A stretch of DNA of 64,000 nt from Tepidisphaera sp. GTDB lineage: Bacteria > Planctomycetota > Phycisphaerae > Phycisphaerales > UBA1924. Within the stretch, counting starts at the first letter, position 1. Every line of letters begins with the position of its first letter. Below are positions 48,833 through 58,913 of this stretch, piece after piece. The stretch is from positions 3,360,001 to 3,424,000 of the forward strand of contig CP051526.1 of assembly GCA_050916045.1 (NCBI GenBank), written 5' to 3'. The translations under genes were made by a program, and so were the position numbers. The notes beneath the pieces are model-generated. The model did no database searches and was not told the DNA's origin. It saw only the letters and a program-made list of their open reading frames with translations.

Positions 48833-51523
48833 ATGCCGATGTGCGCACCAAGCGTTCTCTTCGCCACAGTCGTCGCCGCGGCGGTCGTCTGCTCAGGCTT
48901 CACCAGTCAGGCGGCGGCGCAGTGCGCCCGGTGGCTGCCGGGTCCGATGGGCGAGGTCGTCCAGGGAACCGACGGATTCATCGGCTGCGCGGTCTTGTGG
49001 GACCCGGACGGTGCCGGACCGCTCCCGACCTACACCGTCGTGGGCGGGCAGTTCAGCGCCGTCGGGGGCGTGCCAGCACGGAATCTCGCCGCGTGGGACG
49101 GGCAACGCTGGCAACCGCTGGGAGCGGGCACCGACGGCTTCGTGCGCACCTTGGCGGTCCATCAGAACGACCTGTACGTCGGCGGCCAGTTTGCAAGCAT
49201 CGGACCGCTCCAGACCCGCAACATCGCCAAGCTCCGCAACGGGCCCGGGGGTACGTGGGAAGCACTTGGGAGCGGCTTGTACCTGAACGGGTTCGGGGAC
49301 TCGCAGGCGGTTGACGCGCTGTGCGTGTTCAATAATCAGATCTATGCTGGCGGCACCTTCGCCTACCGAGACGCGAACCAGAGCAATCGCGGCTCGCTGG
49401 CGGCTTGGAACGGCGCCGCGTGGTCAACCCCTTCGGGCCTCCGCCCCGCGCTCGACAACGGCGACACCTTGACGGTGGTCGTGCGGACGCTCACGGTCTA
49501 CAACAATGAACTGATCGCGGGCGGCGGGTTCGCGCTGCAATCGGCCGGACCGCCGATCAATCTCGCCGCGTTCAACGGGGCATCATGGCGCGCCCTCGGC
49601 GGCCCCGCCGCGCGACGCAACGACCGATGGCCCGTCTTTGTCTCAACCACGCACGGCGGGGACCTGGTGATCGCCGGCGACATCGTGAGCGTGGCCGGCG
49701 TGCCGGTCAATCGCATCGCGGCGTGGAACGGGTCCTCCTGGAGGGCACTTGGAACCGGCATTGAAGTCCCGTACAGCGTGCGCTCGCTGTGTTCCTTCCA
49801 GGGGCAGTTGGTCGTCGGAGGCGCGATCCCTTTCGCGGGTGGAGTGCCGGTGAGCAACCTTGCGGCATGGAACGGATCGGCGTGGTCCTCGTACGCGGGG
49901 GGCGTCGGCGCGGACAACTTTTTTGCGACCGTGTACGCGCTGCTCCCGATGCCGGACGGGCTGCTCGTGGGCGGATCGTTCGACACGGCGGGCGTGCGTG
50001 ACGCGAATCTTCGCACACCCGCGCTCAGCCTCGCTCGCTGGACCGGCGCAGCCTGGAACCGCTATGAGGGCGCGGCTTCGATCTTCTCGATGGCAAGCCT
50101 GGGCGGCACGGCCATCGGCGGCGGGTCCTTCGCCGGCCTGGACTCCGCCGGCGACCGCGTCGCTCACCTCGTGCGATGGGATGGAGCGTCGACATCCGCG
50201 TTCGGTTCGGGCGTGAATGGCCCGGTCCGAGCGCTCAAATCGTTCAGCCCCGATCCGCTGACGCGGAATCTCGTCGTCGGCGGCGAGTTCACCACGGCCG
50301 GGGGCCTTTCCGCGGCCCGGATCGCTCAGTGGACCGAGTCGGACATCCTCGGCACTCGCGAGTGGAACACGATGGGGACGGGATTCAACCTTCCTGTCCG
50401 CGCGATCGAGCGATTCAACAGCGTGATCTACGCCTCGGGCGATTTCACGGCGTCGGGGGACAACGCCACCGCGTACAACCGCGTCGCTCGCTGGGATTCG
50501 GTCAACCGTCGCTGGCTTGCGCTGAGCGGCACGGACCTCAACGGCCCGTGCTACGCGCTCAAGGTCTTCAACGGTTCGCTCTACGCTGGCGGCGCGTTCA
50601 CCTCGGCCAACGGACAGGCGTCCGGGGGGCTTGCCCGCTGGAACGGCACGTCGTGGTCGACCGTCGGGGGCTTCTTTCTGGGCACGGTTCATGCACTCGA
50701 GCTGTTTCGCGGCGAGCTCGTCATCAGCGGGCAGTTCGCGGGCCTTCCGGGTTCACCGAACGTCGCTCGCTACAACGGAGCGTCGTACGCGGCGATGACC
50801 GGCGGGACCAACGACATCGTGCGGGCCCTCGCGGTCGGGCCCGATGGCAATCTGTACCTGGCTGGAGACTTCACGCAAGCCGGCGGCGCTCCGGCGAGCC
50901 GGGTCGCGATGTGGACCGGGTCCGCGTGGGCGAACGTCAACGGCGTGGACGGGCCGGTCCACGCCCTGCTCGCCCATCGGGCTGAGGTGCAGGTCGGCGG
51001 CGCCTTCGCGAACACCCTCGCTCCCGCCCAGCGTTCGACGGGCTGGGCGCGGTTCAACCCCACCGGCGCCCCCTGGGTCGCGAGCGGGCCGGTTCGGTCG
51101 GGCCCCGCGTGCACGGGCGGGATCGTCGCGTTCGACGTGACGCCCGCGGCCGGGTACGCGGTGACCTACCAGTGGCGGCGGAACGGCGTCGCGATCGCGG
51201 CGGGCCGTATGGCTGGCGGGACCCTCGCGGCGGGCGTCACCACCGCCCGACTGACCCTCTCCGAAGTTCGCGCCGCGGACAACGGCACCCTCACCTGCCT
51301 GATCACCAACGCGTGCGGGAGCATCGAGAGCCCGGCGGTCGGCTTTTCCACGTGCGGCCCCGACGTCAACTGCGACGGGTTCATCGACTTCTTCGACTAC
51401 GACGAGTTCGTCGCCGCGTTTGAGTCGGGCGCGCCCGTCCGCATCGCGGACTACAACGGCGACGGCTTCATCGATTTCTTCGACTACGCGGATTTCGTCG
51501 CGGCGTTCGAGGCGGGCTGCTAG
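48833..51523 (+). CDS. Secreted beta-propeller repeat protein with Ig-like domain and GC-type dockerin-like anchor
   Basis: Many VGG.F..AGG.....IA.WNG..W..LG.G repeats, YQWRRNG, terminal DFFDY..FVAAFEAGC. Confidence 0.85.
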   Translation: MPMCAPSVLFATVVAAAVVCSGFTSQAAAQCARWLPGPMGEVVQGTDGFIGCAVLWDPDGAGPLPTYTVVGGQFSAVGGVPARNLAAWDGQRWQPLGAGTDGFVRTLAVHQNDLYVGGQFASIGPLQTRNIAKLRNGPGGTWEALGSGLYLNGFGDSQAVDALCVFNNQIYAGGTFAYRDANQSNRGSLAAWNGAAWSTPSGLRPALDNGDTLTVVVRTLTVYNNELIAGGGFALQSAGPPINLAAFNGASWRALGGPAARRNDRWPVFVSTTHGGDLVIAGDIVSVAGVPVNRIAAWNGSSWRALGTGIEVPYSVRSLCSFQGQLVVGGAIPFAGGVPVSNLAAWNGSAWSSYAGGVGADNFFATVYALLPMPDGLLVGGSFDTAGVRDANLRTPALSLARWTGAAWNRYEGAASIFSMASLGGTAIGGGSFAGLDSAGDRVAHLVRWDGASTSAFGSGVNGPVRALKSFSPDPLTRNLVVGGEFTTAGGLSAARIAQWTESDILGTREWNTMGTGFNLPVRAIERFNSVIYASGDFTASGDNATAYNRVARWDSVNRRWLALSGTDLNGPCYALKVFNGSLYAGGAFTSANGQASGGLARWNGTSWSTVGGFFLGTVHALELFRGELVISGQFAGLPGSPNVARYNGASYAAMTGGTNDIVRALAVGPDGNLYLAGDFTQAGGAPASRVAMWTGSAWANVNGVDGPVHALLAHRAEVQVGGAFANTLAPAQRSTGWARFNPTGAPWVASGPVRSGPACTGGIVAFDVTPAAGYAVTYQWRRNGVAIAAGRMAGGTLAAGVTTARLTLSEVRAADNGTLTCLITNACGSIESPAVGFSTCGPDVNCDGFIDFFDYDEFVAAFESGAPVRIADYNGDGFIDFFDYADFVAAFEAGC

Positions 51524-52557
51524 GCGATCGTCGCCCGTACCACCACCAGCGAGGTTGCACTGATCAGCACCCAGAGCGTGACGCCGAGCACGAGCGCTTT
51601 CCAGCCGACGGACTTCATCGCTTTCTTCGAGATCCCAAGCCCGATCAGGAAGAGGGCGAACGCCATCCCGTGACCGGCGGCGGGTCTGAGGTAGTCGGTG
51701 TGGTAAGGCTTGATCTGCGGGATCAGCGTGCAGACCGCGCTGGCGACGATGAACAGCAGGATGAACAGGGGCACCGGGAACTTCTCCCAGAGGGTCTTGG
51801 GCTTGACCGTGACGCCCGGCGTTTCGACGGTGCCTCGCCCGATCCACCATCCCGCCGCCATGCAGATCGGCGCGATCCACAGGGCGCGCGACAGCTTGAC
51901 CGCGGTAGCGATCGTCCACGCGTCGGTGCCCGAAGCCATGTCCGGAGTCGGCGGGTGGGCGTCGACGAATGTCTTGGCCGCCCCCACCACGCTCGACACG
52001 TCATGGATGCTGATGGCGCACCAGGTGCCGAACTGTGCGTGGGACATCTGCATGAGGTCGCCAAGCCAGGGGAGCACGTAAAGACCGGCTGCGTTGAGCA
52101 GAAAGACCGTCCCGGTCGCCACGGCGATTTCAGCCGGAGCCGCGACGATCACGGTGGAAACCGCGGCGATCGCCGAGCCCCCGCAGATCGCTGTGCCTGA
52201 CGCCATGAGGGTGGTGAGCTTCCCGGGAAGCTTCAGCAGACGTCCGAGAGCAAACCCCGCAGCGAACGTCAGAATGATCGTGCCCGCAGCGAACACGATT
52301 CCCGTGCTCCCCGCGTGGGCGAGGTCCCGCAGGTTCATCCCAAGTCCCATCACCACCACGCACGTCTGCATCACCACCTTGGAGAGCGTCTTGGTCCAAG
52401 GGAGCAGCGAAGCGTCAGCGACACCGATCAGGGCCAAGGCGATACCCAGCGGCAGCATGATGTCCGCCCGCCCCAGCGGCGTCAGGCACGCGGCCGCTCC
52501 GAGAACCACAAGCGTCGTCGCGATCGACTTCTTCTGATGGGGTGCCGCCGAAATCAT
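51520..52557 (-). CDS. YeiH/putative sulfate exporter family membrane protein
   Basis: GTAICGGSAIAA, FGTWCAISIHDVSSVVGA, ATAVKLSRALWI. Confidence 0.9.
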   Translation of the reverse strand: MISAAPHQKKSIATTLVVLGAAACLTPLGRADIMLPLGIALALIGVADASLLPWTKTLSKVVMQTCVVVMGLGMNLRDLAHAGSTGIVFAAGTIILTFAAGFALGRLLKLPGKLTTLMASGTAICGGSAIAAVSTVIVAAPAEIAVATGTVFLLNAAGLYVLPWLGDLMQMSHAQFGTWCAISIHDVSSVVGAAKTFVDAHPPTPDMASGTDAWTIATAVKLSRALWIAPICMAAGWWIGRGTVETPGVTVKPKTLWEKFPVPLFILLFIVASAVCTLIPQIKPYHTDYLRPAAGHGMAFALFLIGLGISKKAMKSVGWKALVLGVTLWVLISATSLVVVRATIA

Positions 52558-52627
52558 GCCGCTCCGTTCATCCCTGTGCGTCCATCCTGATTCGATCGCC
52601 CGAACGGTCCAAGCGTACCCTCACGCC

Positions 52628-53863
52628 ATGACTGCCGCGCTCCCCGCCCGCTCACCCTTCGCGTCGCACTGGGCTCACGATCCAGGCATCGTCTTCCTCA
52701 ACCACGGCAGCTTCGGAGCGACCCCCCGCGTCGTGCTCGAAGCCCAGAACGCCCTGCGGGCCAGGCTCGAAGCCGAACCCGTCGCCTTCTTCGTCGAGCA
52801 CATAACCGGTCTGATCGACGCCTCCCGCGCGGCGCTGGGCCAGATGCTCGGAGCCGATCCGGCGTGCATCGCGCCGGTGCCCAACGCGACCGTCGGCGTC
52901 GCGACCGTCCTCCACAACCTCAAGCTCGCTCCCGGAGACGAGATCCTCATCAACGATCACGAGTACCCCGCCTGCTGCAACAACGCCCGCCATGTCGCGG
53001 CGATGCGCGGTGCCAAGGTCGTCTCCGCCGAGCTTCCGTTTCCCATGCCGTCGCCGGAAGCGATCGTCGAAGCGATCATGGCAAAGGTGACGGCACGGAC
53101 CCGCGTCGTGATGATCTCGCACGTGACGAGTTCCTCCGGCGCGATCCTGCCGATCGAGCGTCTGATCCCCGAGCTGCACCGTCGCGGCATCGAAACCCTC
53201 ATCGACGGCGCCCACGCGCCGGGGTTCACGCCTTTCAATCTCTCCGCGCTCAAGCCCACGTACTACACCGCCAACTGCCACAAGTGGATCTGCTCCCCCA
53301 AGGGCTCGGCGTTCCTGTACGTCGACCCCGCGAAACGCGAGGGCTTCCGGCCCATCGTGCTCTCGAACAACGCCGAGAAACCCAAACCGGGGCGGTCGCA
53401 GTTCCTCACCGAGTTTGACTACGTCGGCACGACCGATCAGACGGCTTTCCTCGCCATCCCCGACGCGATCCGCTTCATGAGCGGTCTCTTGCGGGGCGGC
53501 TGGTCGGAGCTGATGGCTTCCAACCGCGCGCTGCTTCTGGAGGGCCGTCGCATCCTCTGCGATGCGCTGGGCATCACGCCCCCGATCCCCGAGTCGATGC
53601 TCGGCTGCCTCTGCACGATGCCGCTTCCGTCGCACGCTCCGGACGTCCAAGCCCGTGTGCTCGCCCGTCCGAGCCCGCGCGGATATCACGACGCGATGCA
53701 GGACATCCTGCTCGAAAAGTGGAAGATTCAGGTCCCGCTGTGGAACGTCGCCGGAAAGACCCGAGTCTTCCGCATCAGCGCCCAGATCTACAACACCCGC
53801 GAGCAGTACGAATACCTCGCCCGCGCCCTCCGTGAGGAACTGGCGGCCGAAGCCAAGCTCTGA
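52628..53863 (+). CDS. Class V PLP aminotransferase (isopenicillin N epimerase / cysteine lyase-like)
   Basis: FLNHGSFGATP, NAT.GV, SHVTS, IDGAHAPG, ANCHKW, RISAQIYN. Confidence 0.88.
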   Translation: MTAALPARSPFASHWAHDPGIVFLNHGSFGATPRVVLEAQNALRARLEAEPVAFFVEHITGLIDASRAALGQMLGADPACIAPVPNATVGVATVLHNLKLAPGDEILINDHEYPACCNNARHVAAMRGAKVVSAELPFPMPSPEAIVEAIMAKVTARTRVVMISHVTSSSGAILPIERLIPELHRRGIETLIDGAHAPGFTPFNLSALKPTYYTANCHKWICSPKGSAFLYVDPAKREGFRPIVLSNNAEKPKPGRSQFLTEFDYVGTTDQTAFLAIPDAIRFMSGLLRGGWSELMASNRALLLEGRRILCDALGITPPIPESMLGCLCTMPLPSHAPDVQARVLARPSPRGYHDAMQDILLEKWKIQVPLWNVAGKTRVFRISAQIYNTREQYEYLARALREELAAEAKL

Positions 53864-53872
53864 TCGACCGGA

Positions 53873-54982
53873 TCACCGCGGCGGGAACGGCGGCGGAGTC
53901 GCTCCGAACACCGTCGAAAGCTCGCCCACCGACGCGGCGGGTGTCCAGGAAGCCATCCCCTGCTTCCAGACCAGCGATTCGCGCGTGATCTGGCCCCGTG
54001 AAGCCATCTGGGTCAGGGTCGCGACATCGAACGGACCGGCTTGCTTGCCGTCGATGCCCACGAAGAACTGCACCGCCCCGCTCGCGGGCATCGGGGGAGG
54101 CGCCGCCCCGGCCGCTCCCATCTGCGCGCCCATCTGGCTCGCCATCTGCTGGCCCATCGCAAAGCCAGCGCCCATCCCGAGGGTCTGGCCCATGACGCCG
54201 CCCGCGCCAGAATTGGGGTTGCCCATCGCCTGAGCGGCGTTGAACTGCATGTACTTGCTCATGTCGCCCACGATGCCCATGCTCGTGCGCTGGTCGAGCA
54301 CCTTCTCGACTTCCGGCGGAAGCGAGATGTTCTCCACGTTGAAGGCGGTGATCTCAAGGCCGTACTCGGCGATCGACGGGGAGATCCGGTCCTTGATGAA
54401 CTTGCCGAGTTCGTTGTAGTTCGCGGCCATGTCCAACGCGGCCATCTTGCTCTCGCCAAGCACGTCCGCGAACTGGCTGACGATCAGGTTCCGAAGCTGC
54501 TCGGTGATGCCGTCGGTCGTGAACCGGGCGTTGGTCCCGACGATCTGCTTCACGAACGCCGTCGGGTCCGCGATGCGGAAGGCGTACGTGCCAAAAGCCC
54601 GCAAGCGGAGGGGCCCGAACTCGGGGTCGCGGAGCATGATGGGGTTCATCGTGCCCCACTTGTTGTCGGTGAACTGCCGCAGGTTGACGAAGTAGACCTC
54701 GGCTTTGAAGGGGCTCTCGAACCCGTACTTCCATCCCTTGAGCGTCGAGAGGAGGGGCAGGTTCTGCGTGCGAAGGTCGAAGGTGCCGGGCAGCTTGAAG
54801 ATGTCGGCGATCTGCCCCTCGTTGACGAAGACGGCGGCCTGGCTCTCGCGAACGATGAGCTTGGCTCCGTTCTTGATCTCGTTGTTGTGGCGCTCGAACC
54901 GGTAGACGAGCGTGTTGGACGTGCGATCAAGCCACTCGACGATGTCGATCAGTTCGCCCGTGAGTTTCTTCCAGATATCCAT
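53873..54982 (-). CDS. SPFH-domain protein with C-terminal GYF_2-like domain
   Basis: LIVRESQAAVFV, SPFKAEVYFV, LRAFGTY, ENISLP. C-terminal QAGPF...SLVWKQGMASW. Confidence 0.85.
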   Translation of the reverse strand: MDIWKKLTGELIDIVEWLDRTSNTLVYRFERHNNEIKNGAKLIVRESQAAVFVNEGQIADIFKLPGTFDLRTQNLPLLSTLKGWKYGFESPFKAEVYFVNLRQFTDNKWGTMNPIMLRDPEFGPLRLRAFGTYAFRIADPTAFVKQIVGTNARFTTDGITEQLRNLIVSQFADVLGESKMAALDMAANYNELGKFIKDRISPSIAEYGLEITAFNVENISLPPEVEKVLDQRTSMGIVGDMSKYMQFNAAQAMGNPNSGAGGVMGQTLGMGAGFAMGQQMASQMGAQMGAAGAAPPPMPASGAVQFFVGIDGKQAGPFDVATLTQMASRGQITRESLVWKQGMASWTPAASVGELSTVFGATPPPFPPR

Positions 54983-55260
54983 CGGTCGCCTCCTCTGCCC
55001 GATTGCGCGGCGTCCATTCTACGTCGCGACGGACTCCCCTGACGGTTCCCTATCGATCGGCCCCCGGCTTGCTGAAACACCCAGAAAGCCACAGAAACAC
55101 ACGCGCATCTCTCGGAACCCGGACCTCCCGGTTTCAACAACCAGCCCCGCCGGCGAGCGTCCAATCCGCCGTACCTGTTGGCGCGGTATCTTTCGGCTAC
55201 GCTGTGCGCGTGCCGACCGCTCGTGTCGGGCGGCCCCCGCCAATCCACGGAGCATCTCAG

Positions 55261-56313
55261 ATGGGTATCCCGATGTCACGCCGTCTCTTCTCGCTCGCCG
55301 CTCTCGCGTTTGCCGCCGGCACCGCGCTGGGTGCCGACACCACCCCCGCAACCGCCTCAAAGGGCTACGAGTTCGGCGTCATCGCCAAGAGCCAGAGCAA
55401 CCCCGTCTTCCAGGCCGCCCGCACCGGCGCCATGGACGCCGCCGCCGACCTCTCCAAGAAGCACGGCATCGAGATCAAGGTCATCTGGCAGACCCCTGTC
55501 AACGAGGACGCCCAGCAGCAGGCTCAGTACATCGAGCAGCTCGCAAGCCTCGGCGTTGACGGCATCGCCATCTCCTGCACCGACGCCAACGTCCTGACCA
55601 AACCCATCGACGGCGCCGTCGGCAAAGGTGTCCAGGTCGTGACCTTCGACTCCGACGCCCCCAAAAGCAAACGCTTCGCCTACTACGGCATCGACGACGT
55701 CGAAGCCGGCAAAAAGCTGATGGATGAACTCGCCAAAGCCATGGGTGGCAAGGGCGGCCAGATCGCCATCCTCGCCGGAAACCAGAGCGCGCCGAACCTC
55801 CAGGCCCGCGTCAAGGGCGTCAAGGACCAGATCGAGAAGCTCAAGGACAAGGGCTTCACCCTCAAGGAGGTCTACTACCACGAAGAGACCCCCGGCAAAG
55901 CCGCCGCCAAAGTCCAGGAAGTCCAGACCGCCAACCCCGACATCGCCGGTTGGGCCATGGTCGGCGGCTGGCCCCTCTTCACCAAGGGCGCCCTCGAAGG
56001 CGTTTACGACAAAGCCAAGGTCGCCGCGGTCGACGCCCTCCCCGAGCAGATCGAGTACGTCAAGTCCGGCCAGGTCCAGGCCCTCGTCGTCCAGGATTGC
56101 TACGGCTGGGGCTACAAGAGCGTCGAGATGCTCTTCGACAAGGTCCACAACGGCAAGAACCCCGAGAAGGTGATCAACGCCTTCGAACTCAAGGTCTGCA
56201 CCCAGGCCAACGCTTCGGAGTACGAGGGCCTCTGGAAGAAGTGGCTCGCCAAGAAGGACGACAAGAAGGAAGAGAAGAAGGACGACGCCAAGCCCGCGTC
56301 CGACAAGAAGTAA
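55261..56313 (+). CDS. Sugar ABC transporter substrate-binding protein
   Basis: Signal peptide, KSQSNPVF, VDGIAIS, VVTFDSD, LVVQDCYGWGY. Confidence 0.9.
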   Translation: MGIPMSRRLFSLAALAFAAGTALGADTTPATASKGYEFGVIAKSQSNPVFQAARTGAMDAAADLSKKHGIEIKVIWQTPVNEDAQQQAQYIEQLASLGVDGIAISCTDANVLTKPIDGAVGKGVQVVTFDSDAPKSKRFAYYGIDDVEAGKKLMDELAKAMGGKGGQIAILAGNQSAPNLQARVKGVKDQIEKLKDKGFTLKEVYYHEETPGKAAAKVQEVQTANPDIAGWAMVGGWPLFTKGALEGVYDKAKVAAVDALPEQIEYVKSGQVQALVVQDCYGWGYKSVEMLFDKVHNGKNPEKVINAFELKVCTQANASEYEGLWKKWLAKKDDKKEEKKDDAKPASDKK

Positions 56314-56337
56314 CCACCCCCTGAAACGCCTTTCCAC

Positions 56338-56375
56338 GAACGGGACGCTCTCGCGAGCGTCCCGTTCTTTCTTTC
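56338..56375 (+). terminator. Intrinsic terminator between the SBP and ATPase genes
   Basis: GAACGGGACGCTC-TCGC-GAGCGTCCCGTTC followed by TTTCTTTC. Confidence 0.7.
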
Positions 56376-56408
56376 CCGGCCCCGCCCGTTCCCGGTACCA
56401 TACCGGCG

Positions 56409-58058
56409 ATGACCACCGACCCTTCCACCTCCACGCCCGCTTCGCTCCCGGTCCTCCTGACGGCCGAGCACATCTCCAAGCGATTCGGCGTCACGCAGGC
56501 TCTCGACGACGTCTCCGCCACCTTCCTCAAAGGCGAGGTCCACGCCCTCATGGGCGAGAACGGAGCGGGCAAGAGCACCCTCGGCAAGGTCATCGCAGGC
56601 CTTCACCGCCAGGACACCGGCACCGTCACGATCATCCAGAATGGCGTAGCTCGCATCCTGGCGCCCGGCTCAATCGACGACGCTTTCAGCGCCGGCGTCC
56701 GCATCGTCCATCAAGAGCTCGCCCAGTGCCCCCAGCTCTCCGTCGCCGAAAACCTCTGCTTGCACGACCTGCCCACCCGCGCCGGCCTCCTCGACCGCCG
56801 CACCATGAACGACCGGGCCGCCAAGCTCGTCCACCAGCTCGACCCCTCGATCGACGTGCAGGCCCCGCTCGGCTCGCTTGCCCCGGGCCGCCGACAGATC
56901 TGCCAGATCGCCGCAAGCCTCGACGACCGCTCCGCCGATGCTCACGGGGGTGGGAGCGGATCGGGCCCCAGCCTCATCGTCTTCGACGAACCCACAAGCT
57001 CTCTCTCCGTCGCCGAAGCCGACCGCCTCATGGAGATCACCAAAGCCCTCGCCGCCCGCGGCCTCACCATCGTCTATGTCAGCCACCGTATGGGCGAGAT
57101 CTTCCAGGTCTGCGACCGCGTCACCGTCCTCCGCGATGGCAAGTTCGTCGCCACTTCCCCCGTCAAGCAGCTCACCGAAGCAGACCTCGTCGAACAAATG
57201 ATCGGTCGCCGCCTCACCACCCCCGCGGGCCGGATCCGCTCCGGCGGTGATGCCGAAGCCGCCGCGATCAAATCCGAAAGCGGCGACCACCACCACGGAC
57301 AGTTCGCCACCCCAGGCAAGGTCGTCCTCGAGGTCTCGCGCATCTCCTCACCCGGCAAGCTCCGCGATGTTTCCCTCAACGTCCGCGCCGGCGAGATCGT
57401 CGGCCTGGGCGGCCTCGTGGGCGCGGGCCGCTCGGAGCTTCTGGACGCGATCTTCGGCCTTGACGCAAACTCGCGTGGCACGGTGACGATCGACGGCGTC
57501 GAGACCAACCGCACGGGACCTCGCGACTCGATCTCGCGCGGCATGGGCTACGTCCCCGAGGACCGGCGCTTGCAAGGCCTCTTCTTCCAGCTCGGCGTCG
57601 GCGAGAACATCGTCATGCCGTTCATGCAGAAGCTCGCCGTGCTCCTCGGCGTCCGCTCGCTCGGCTCGGAGAAGAACCTGATCGCCGACAAGTTCACCGA
57701 GTTCCGCGTGAAAGCCGCGAGCCAAGCTTCGCTCCCCGGCGAGCTTTCCGGCGGCAACCAGCAGAAACTCCTCATCGCCCGCTGGATGGGCAAGGAGACC
57801 AAGGTCCTCCTCCTCGACGAACCCACGCGAGGCATCGACGTCGGCACCAAAGCCGAGGTCTACAAGCTCATCCACGCCGCCGCCGACCGCGGCATGGCCG
57901 TCCTCCTGGTCTCAAGCGAGATGCCCGAACTCCTCGCCCTCTCCGACCGAGTCCTCGTCATGGCCGGCGGCCGCATCACCGGCGAACTCGCCAGCGACCA
58001 GATGACCCAGACCAACATCCTCAAGCTCGCCACGGTGGACTCGCGAGCGACGGCATAG
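56409..58058 (+). CDS. Sugar ABC transporter ATP-binding protein (RbsA-like, two NBDs)
   Basis: GENGAGKST, FDEPT, GLVGAGRSE, YVPEDR, LSGGNQQK, LDEPTRGIDVG. Confidence 0.94.
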   Translation: MTTDPSTSTPASLPVLLTAEHISKRFGVTQALDDVSATFLKGEVHALMGENGAGKSTLGKVIAGLHRQDTGTVTIIQNGVARILAPGSIDDAFSAGVRIVHQELAQCPQLSVAENLCLHDLPTRAGLLDRRTMNDRAAKLVHQLDPSIDVQAPLGSLAPGRRQICQIAASLDDRSADAHGGGSGSGPSLIVFDEPTSSLSVAEADRLMEITKALAARGLTIVYVSHRMGEIFQVCDRVTVLRDGKFVATSPVKQLTEADLVEQMIGRRLTTPAGRIRSGGDAEAAAIKSESGDHHHGQFATPGKVVLEVSRISSPGKLRDVSLNVRAGEIVGLGGLVGAGRSELLDAIFGLDANSRGTVTIDGVETNRTGPRDSISRGMGYVPEDRRLQGLFFQLGVGENIVMPFMQKLAVLLGVRSLGSEKNLIADKFTEFRVKAASQASLPGELSGGNQQKLLIARWMGKETKVLLLDEPTRGIDVGTKAEVYKLIHAAADRGMAVLLVSSEMPELLALSDRVLVMAGGRITGELASDQMTQTNILKLATVDSRATA

Positions 58059-58115
58059 GGAGATCCCAGCGGAACACAGAGCCACGAGTTTGAGCGAGTA
58101 GTTTGGTCACTTCCA

Positions 58116-58748
58116 ATGTATCGCCACATTGACCCACCCACCACGCTCGACTCTGTCGTCTTCTCCGTCGCGAGCGGGATGGTCTGCGGATCGATCTACG
58201 CGGCGTCTTTGTTCTTCTTGGACTTGTCGATGGGCATGCTCGGCGGTTTGTTTGGCCTATTCGGAGGGCTGCTTCTCTCTCCCATGATCGTTGCCGCGCT
58301 CCGCCAAGGCTCGGTCGAGTACGCGGGATGGATCGCGCTCCTGCCAGCCATGGGCTTCAGTGTGCTGTTCGGACTGATCGGCTTGAACCCGCTGCTTTCA
58401 CTGGTGATTGTTGCCACGTTGTTCGCGGCGTTATGCGTGCTTTCGAGTCGCTTGCACCCGGCGACCAAGCCCATCGACCCCTTCACCTGCGAGAACTGCG
58501 GCTATGACCTCCACGGCGTCAACGACATCACCTGCCCCGAATGCGGCCGAGAACGTATCGTCATGCCCAAGGGTACATCTCTTCCGGGTGCTTCACGGCG
58601 ACTTTCGCAACTCACGACCGAGGCTCATCGCGCTGTGCAGGATCCGGACAATCTCGACGTGGTCGTCACGGACGAAATAGAAGACCAGGAACTTCCCAAA
58701 CCCGACGACCGGCCAACGTCTGAGCCCCCGAAGCGTTCTGGATCTTGA
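58116..58748 (+). CDS. 4-TM membrane protein with zinc ribbon
   Basis: CENCGYDLHGVNDITCPECG after four TMs. The 3' end overlaps parE in antisense. Confidence 0.7.
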   Translation: MYRHIDPPTTLDSVVFSVASGMVCGSIYAASLFFLDLSMGMLGGLFGLFGGLLLSPMIVAALRQGSVEYAGWIALLPAMGFSVLFGLIGLNPLLSLVIVATLFAALCVLSSRLHPATKPIDPFTCENCGYDLHGVNDITCPECGRERIVMPKGTSLPGASRRLSQLTTEAHRAVQDPDNLDVVVTDEIEDQELPKPDDRPTSEPPKRSGS

Positions 58749-58913
58749 GTTCCAGACCGCACCGATCCCCGGCTGACCCGCCAAAAGCGAGAATGTCTCA
58801 AGCACCCGCTCCGCGAATCGCTCCGCAGTCTCCGGCCGATCCGTCGCGATGAAATCAACATGCCGATCGATGTCCCGCCGGACGAGCGGACGAAGTCGCA
58901 CTTCCAGCGTCAC
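58593..58913 (-). CDS. parE: ParE/RelE family toxin
   Basis: RRDIDRHVDFIA, AERF, PGIG, LRRWPV, FLVFY, VEIVRILH. Confidence 0.87.
   Translation of the reverse strand: MTLEVRLRPLVRRDIDRHVDFIATDRPETAERFAERVLETFSLLAGQPGIGAVWNSRSRTLRGLRRWPVVGFGKFLVFYFVRDDHVEIVRILHSAMSLGRELRKSP

Noticed and set aside
27227..51523. Dockerin-like tails as DGR TR/VR repeats
   Set aside because: Differences between the copies I compared involve C/G/T changes rather than adenine-specific ones. Protein-level conservation explains the similarity.
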